Assembly: GCA_963705255.1 (NCBI GenBank)
Contig: OY970061.1
Coordinates: forward strand, 2,144,001 to 2,208,000
DNA: 64,000 bases
Direction of reading: 5' to 3'
Origin: an uncultured Methanoregulaceae archaeon
Lineage (GTDB): Archaea; Halobacteriota; Methanomicrobia; Methanomicrobiales; Methanospirillaceae
Position numbers and translations under genes: made by a program. Under the pieces are notes generated by a model. The model had not been told where the DNA came from. It saw only the letters and a list, made by a program, of their open reading frames with translations, and searched no databases. Below, one piece after another: positions 61,235 through 64,000 of the stretch. The first letter of the stretch is position 1, and each line of letters opens with the position of its first letter.

Positions 61235-62466
61235 TCGCCCAGCACACCCATCCCGATCAAGCGCCAGCGTGCTCCCACCTGCCGGCTGATAGCGATCCTC
61301 GAACCCTCTTCTGCACATACGGGTCGCTTCAGCTGAATTTCGACACTGTCCTTCTTTGTGTTCGTGACAACGCCCACGGTGACCGCAGTTCCTACCGAGA
61401 GCATCAGGGGCTCGGAATGCTTCAGTGGTTCGATGATGAGCTCGCTTGTTGCCCCCACGACCCTTTCCATCAGGGTGACCCGGCAGCGGATCTTATCCCA
61501 GACCGGGGGGAGTTTGCCCTCATGGCCCAATACCTGGCCGGCAAGTGCATCGCTCTTGGTCAGGGCAGGGTCGAGTTTGGTACCGACACCCAGAAGTCCC
61601 CCGGGTGTCGCGGTTTCCACCTTTTTCGAGCCGGCATTGATCGATGTGACGGTGGTGGTGATGGGAACCCATTTGATCCTGTTCTCAACCTGTGTCTGCC
61701 TGCCGGGGCGGATCTCGATCTTGTCATCTGCGCGGAGGATGCCCCGGATAAGAGACCCCCCGACGACACCGCCTTTGACATCTTTCCAGTTGCAGCCGGG
61801 TTTGTTCACATCGAATGAACGGGCTATGAGCATCACCGGCTCAGCATTCGGATCCCGTTCCGGTTCGGGGATAATCTGGTCGAGTGCCTGCACAAGTGCA
61901 CCTATATTGATCCCTTTCTGTGACGAGACGGGGATAACAGGGGCATTTTCGGCGATGGTCCCTTTTACAAACGCCTTGATCTCGTGGTAATTATCAATCG
62001 CCTCTTTCTGGCTGATCACATCGATCTTGCTCTGGACGATTACGATCTTTTTGATACCGACGAGCTCAAGTGCCATCAGGTGTTCTTTTGTCTGCGGCTG
62101 GGGGCACTTTTCGCTCGCAGCGATGACTAGCATCGCCCCGTCCATCAGTGCCGATCCTGAGAGCATCGTCGCCATCAGGGTCTCGTGTCCCGGTGCGTCA
62201 ACAAAAGAGACGGAACGGAATGGCGTCCCTTTTCCGCCACAGGCCGGGCAATCGGGACTGGTCGAAAAGGCCTCGGTCCCTTCGCACTTTTCGCACCGGT
62301 AAAATGTTGCGTCAGCATATCCGAGACGGATGGAAATCCCCCGCTTCACTTCTTCGCTGTGCCGGTCTGTCCATGTCCCGGTGAGTGCATTAACTAGTGT
62401 GGTCTTGCCATGGTCGACATGGCCAACGACCCCGATGTTGACATCGGGAACTGTCACATCATGCAA
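61231..62466 (-). CDS. eif2g: Translation initiation factor 2 gamma subunit
   Basis: GHVDHGKT, RGISIRLGY, DAPGHE, WRLIG. Confidence 0.97.
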   Translation of the reverse strand: MHDVTVPDVNIGVVGHVDHGKTTLVNALTGTWTDRHSEEVKRGISIRLGYADATFYRCEKCEGTEAFSTSPDCPACGGKGTPFRSVSFVDAPGHETLMATMLSGSALMDGAMLVIAASEKCPQPQTKEHLMALELVGIKKIVIVQSKIDVISQKEAIDNYHEIKAFVKGTIAENAPVIPVSSQKGINIGALVQALDQIIPEPERDPNAEPVMLIARSFDVNKPGCNWKDVKGGVVGGSLIRGILRADDKIEIRPGRQTQVENRIKWVPITTTVTSINAGSKKVETATPGGLLGVGTKLDPALTKSDALAGQVLGHEGKLPPVWDKIRCRVTLMERVVGATSELIIEPLKHSEPLMLSVGTAVTVGVVTNTKKDSVEIQLKRPVCAEEGSRIAISRQVGARWRLIGMGVLGE

Positions 62467-62844
62467 ATGAAATCGAACCTCCTGACTCTCTATAAATTTA
62501 GAACACCAATACCCTGATCTGGAATTAACACCATCTTTGATTCATGCACCCGGACATTCAGCGAGACACCAATCAGAAAGCTGATGCTGGTTTGATAACA
62601 TATAAGGACTCCAGACTTTTATTAAAGTATCTTGCTGAACAGCAGACCATCCGGCTACCAAAATTCAGTAAGTTTCAGCGATGCTGAGTGATTTAACGGT
62701 GGGGATCGTTCCTTTTGTATTTTCCAAAAACAACTCATCATCACTGTATCGCTATCAGATGTGTGGTGTGGCGGGTGGAGAGAAAATGCGATTCAAAGAT
62801 ATCGCTTTTTGGATCGGTCTCCGGTGAATAACTCCGTCACACGC

Positions 62845-64000
62845 TTACGGTGCTGATCCGCGGGTTTCGTGCCCCCGCATCCAGGAGAGCACCCCGGCAA
62901 TGCCGATAATGATGACTGATGCCCAGAGAGCGGCATCGATCCCCCGGATGAACGCATTGGAGACCCCGCCCACGAGGTTGGTGGTGCCGATGAAGACCTC
63001 AAACGCCACATCTCTTGGTATTGAGGCTGCGGAGACCGTGATGGCGATCACGAAACTTCCCAGGATCCCGATATTCTGCATGGTTCTCAGGATACCGGAT
63101 ATCCCGCCATAGGAACCCTGCGGAGCGTTTGCCATGACGGCACTGTTATTGGACGGGAAGAACATCGCAGTCCCCAGGCCGGAGATACCCGATGCTACCA
63201 GCACCACCCAGAGCGGAGTATCGACCCTGAGTGTCAGATAGAAGAGGGTGGCAAGGATCAGCATAAGGGTGCCGGAGGTTGCGAGCAGCCGTGCCCCGTA
63301 CCGGTCGGAAAGCCTGCCCATGTACGGCGAAAGCAGGCTGCCCACGACATACCCCGGAGTGAGGAGGAGTGCGGCATCGAGAGGTGATAATGCACGGATG
63401 CCCTGCAGGTACATCGTGATAAGAAATACTACCGACAGGTACCCGAGACTGAGGAAGAATGCGGCTGTCATGGAGTATTTGAGAATCCGGTTGCCCAGTG
63501 CGGAGAAATCGATGATGGGCCATTCTGTCCGCCGTTCGAAGAGCACGAAGAGTACGATGAAGACCACGCCGAGACATAACGTGACAATGTTCAGAGCAGT
63601 CTGTCCCCTCTGTCGCGAAGTCCACCCCACTGAAAGATATGAACGTGAGTGCAGTGCCCAGCAGGATCATACCCGCGATATCGAGCCTGGCATTCACCCG
63701 GAGATTATCTGTTACGTACCGGAAGCCGAGAACGGTGGCCGCAATCCCGATCGGGACGTTGATGAAGAATATGTATTCCCAACCGACATAGGTCGTTATG
63801 ATACCGCCCAGCACAATGCCGAGCATGGCGCCGCTCGTCCAGCCAAGTGAGAGATACCCGAATGCGGTACCCCGAACGTTGGGCGGGAAGGTGTCGGCTA
63901 TGATCGCACCGCTGTTTGCCTGCATGAGCGCCCCGCCGACTGCCTGGATTCCCCGGGAGGCGATCAGCCAGTAGATTCCGGGGGAGAGACCGCAGAAGAG
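62845..64000 (-). CDS. MFS transporter (DHA2-like), 5' partial, frameshift near 63605
   Basis: IFFINVPIG, GRLSDRYGAR, FFPSNNSAVM. Confidence 0.88.

Noticed and set aside
7380-63605. Frameshifts in thermosome, porB, DHPS-like, PHP, truA, hgcA, trpA, trpD, MBL, htpX, MFS, parB and others as programmed frameshifting or mass pseudogenisation
   Set aside because: Single-base indels, often in or near homopolymers, in otherwise intact and partly essential genes, with no shared slippery motif; best explained by long-read or assembly error. Needs read polishing to confirm.

Overview
GC-rich archaeal chromosome segment from a methanogen; gene content points to Methanomicrobiales (Methanoregula-like), by inference. 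The backbone carries the thermosome, a 2-oxoacid:ferredoxin oxidoreductase operon, a K+/H+ antiporter, ribL, truA, malic enzyme, an hgcC-hgcA-hgcB-arsC mercury-methylation cluster, the trpEGDCFBA operon with TRP boxes, tRNA-Gly/Val, htpX and the eIF2g-rpoE-spt4-rps24e-rps27ae-kae1/bud32-rdgB superoperon. Main finding: the AT-rich region ~760-11585 is a head-to-tail stack of three cargo-carrying transposons (one truncated, two complete: 1662-6114 and 6123-11577). Each complete element has a central SWIM/Zn-ribbon IS6-type DDE transposase, GGTTCTGATAA-type terminal inverted repeats and subterminal TTATCA repeats. Every junction carries the same 8-bp ATTTTAGC, which lies 5 bp upstream of the thermosome TATA box; this suggests repeated site-specific insertion at one promoter. 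Cargo includes an 89-nt tRNA with a Ser-like body but a UAU (Ile) anticodon, a Panacea-RelE pair, a Panacea-like/proteasome-beta-like pair and a ParB-like module. A second AT-rich island (~18.5-22.1 kb) looks like a casposon remnant ending at a tRNA 3' fragment. A covarying AGTCGAAG double-hairpin repeat is scattered through intergenic DNA. Many genes carry single-base frameshifts that are most likely sequencing errors.
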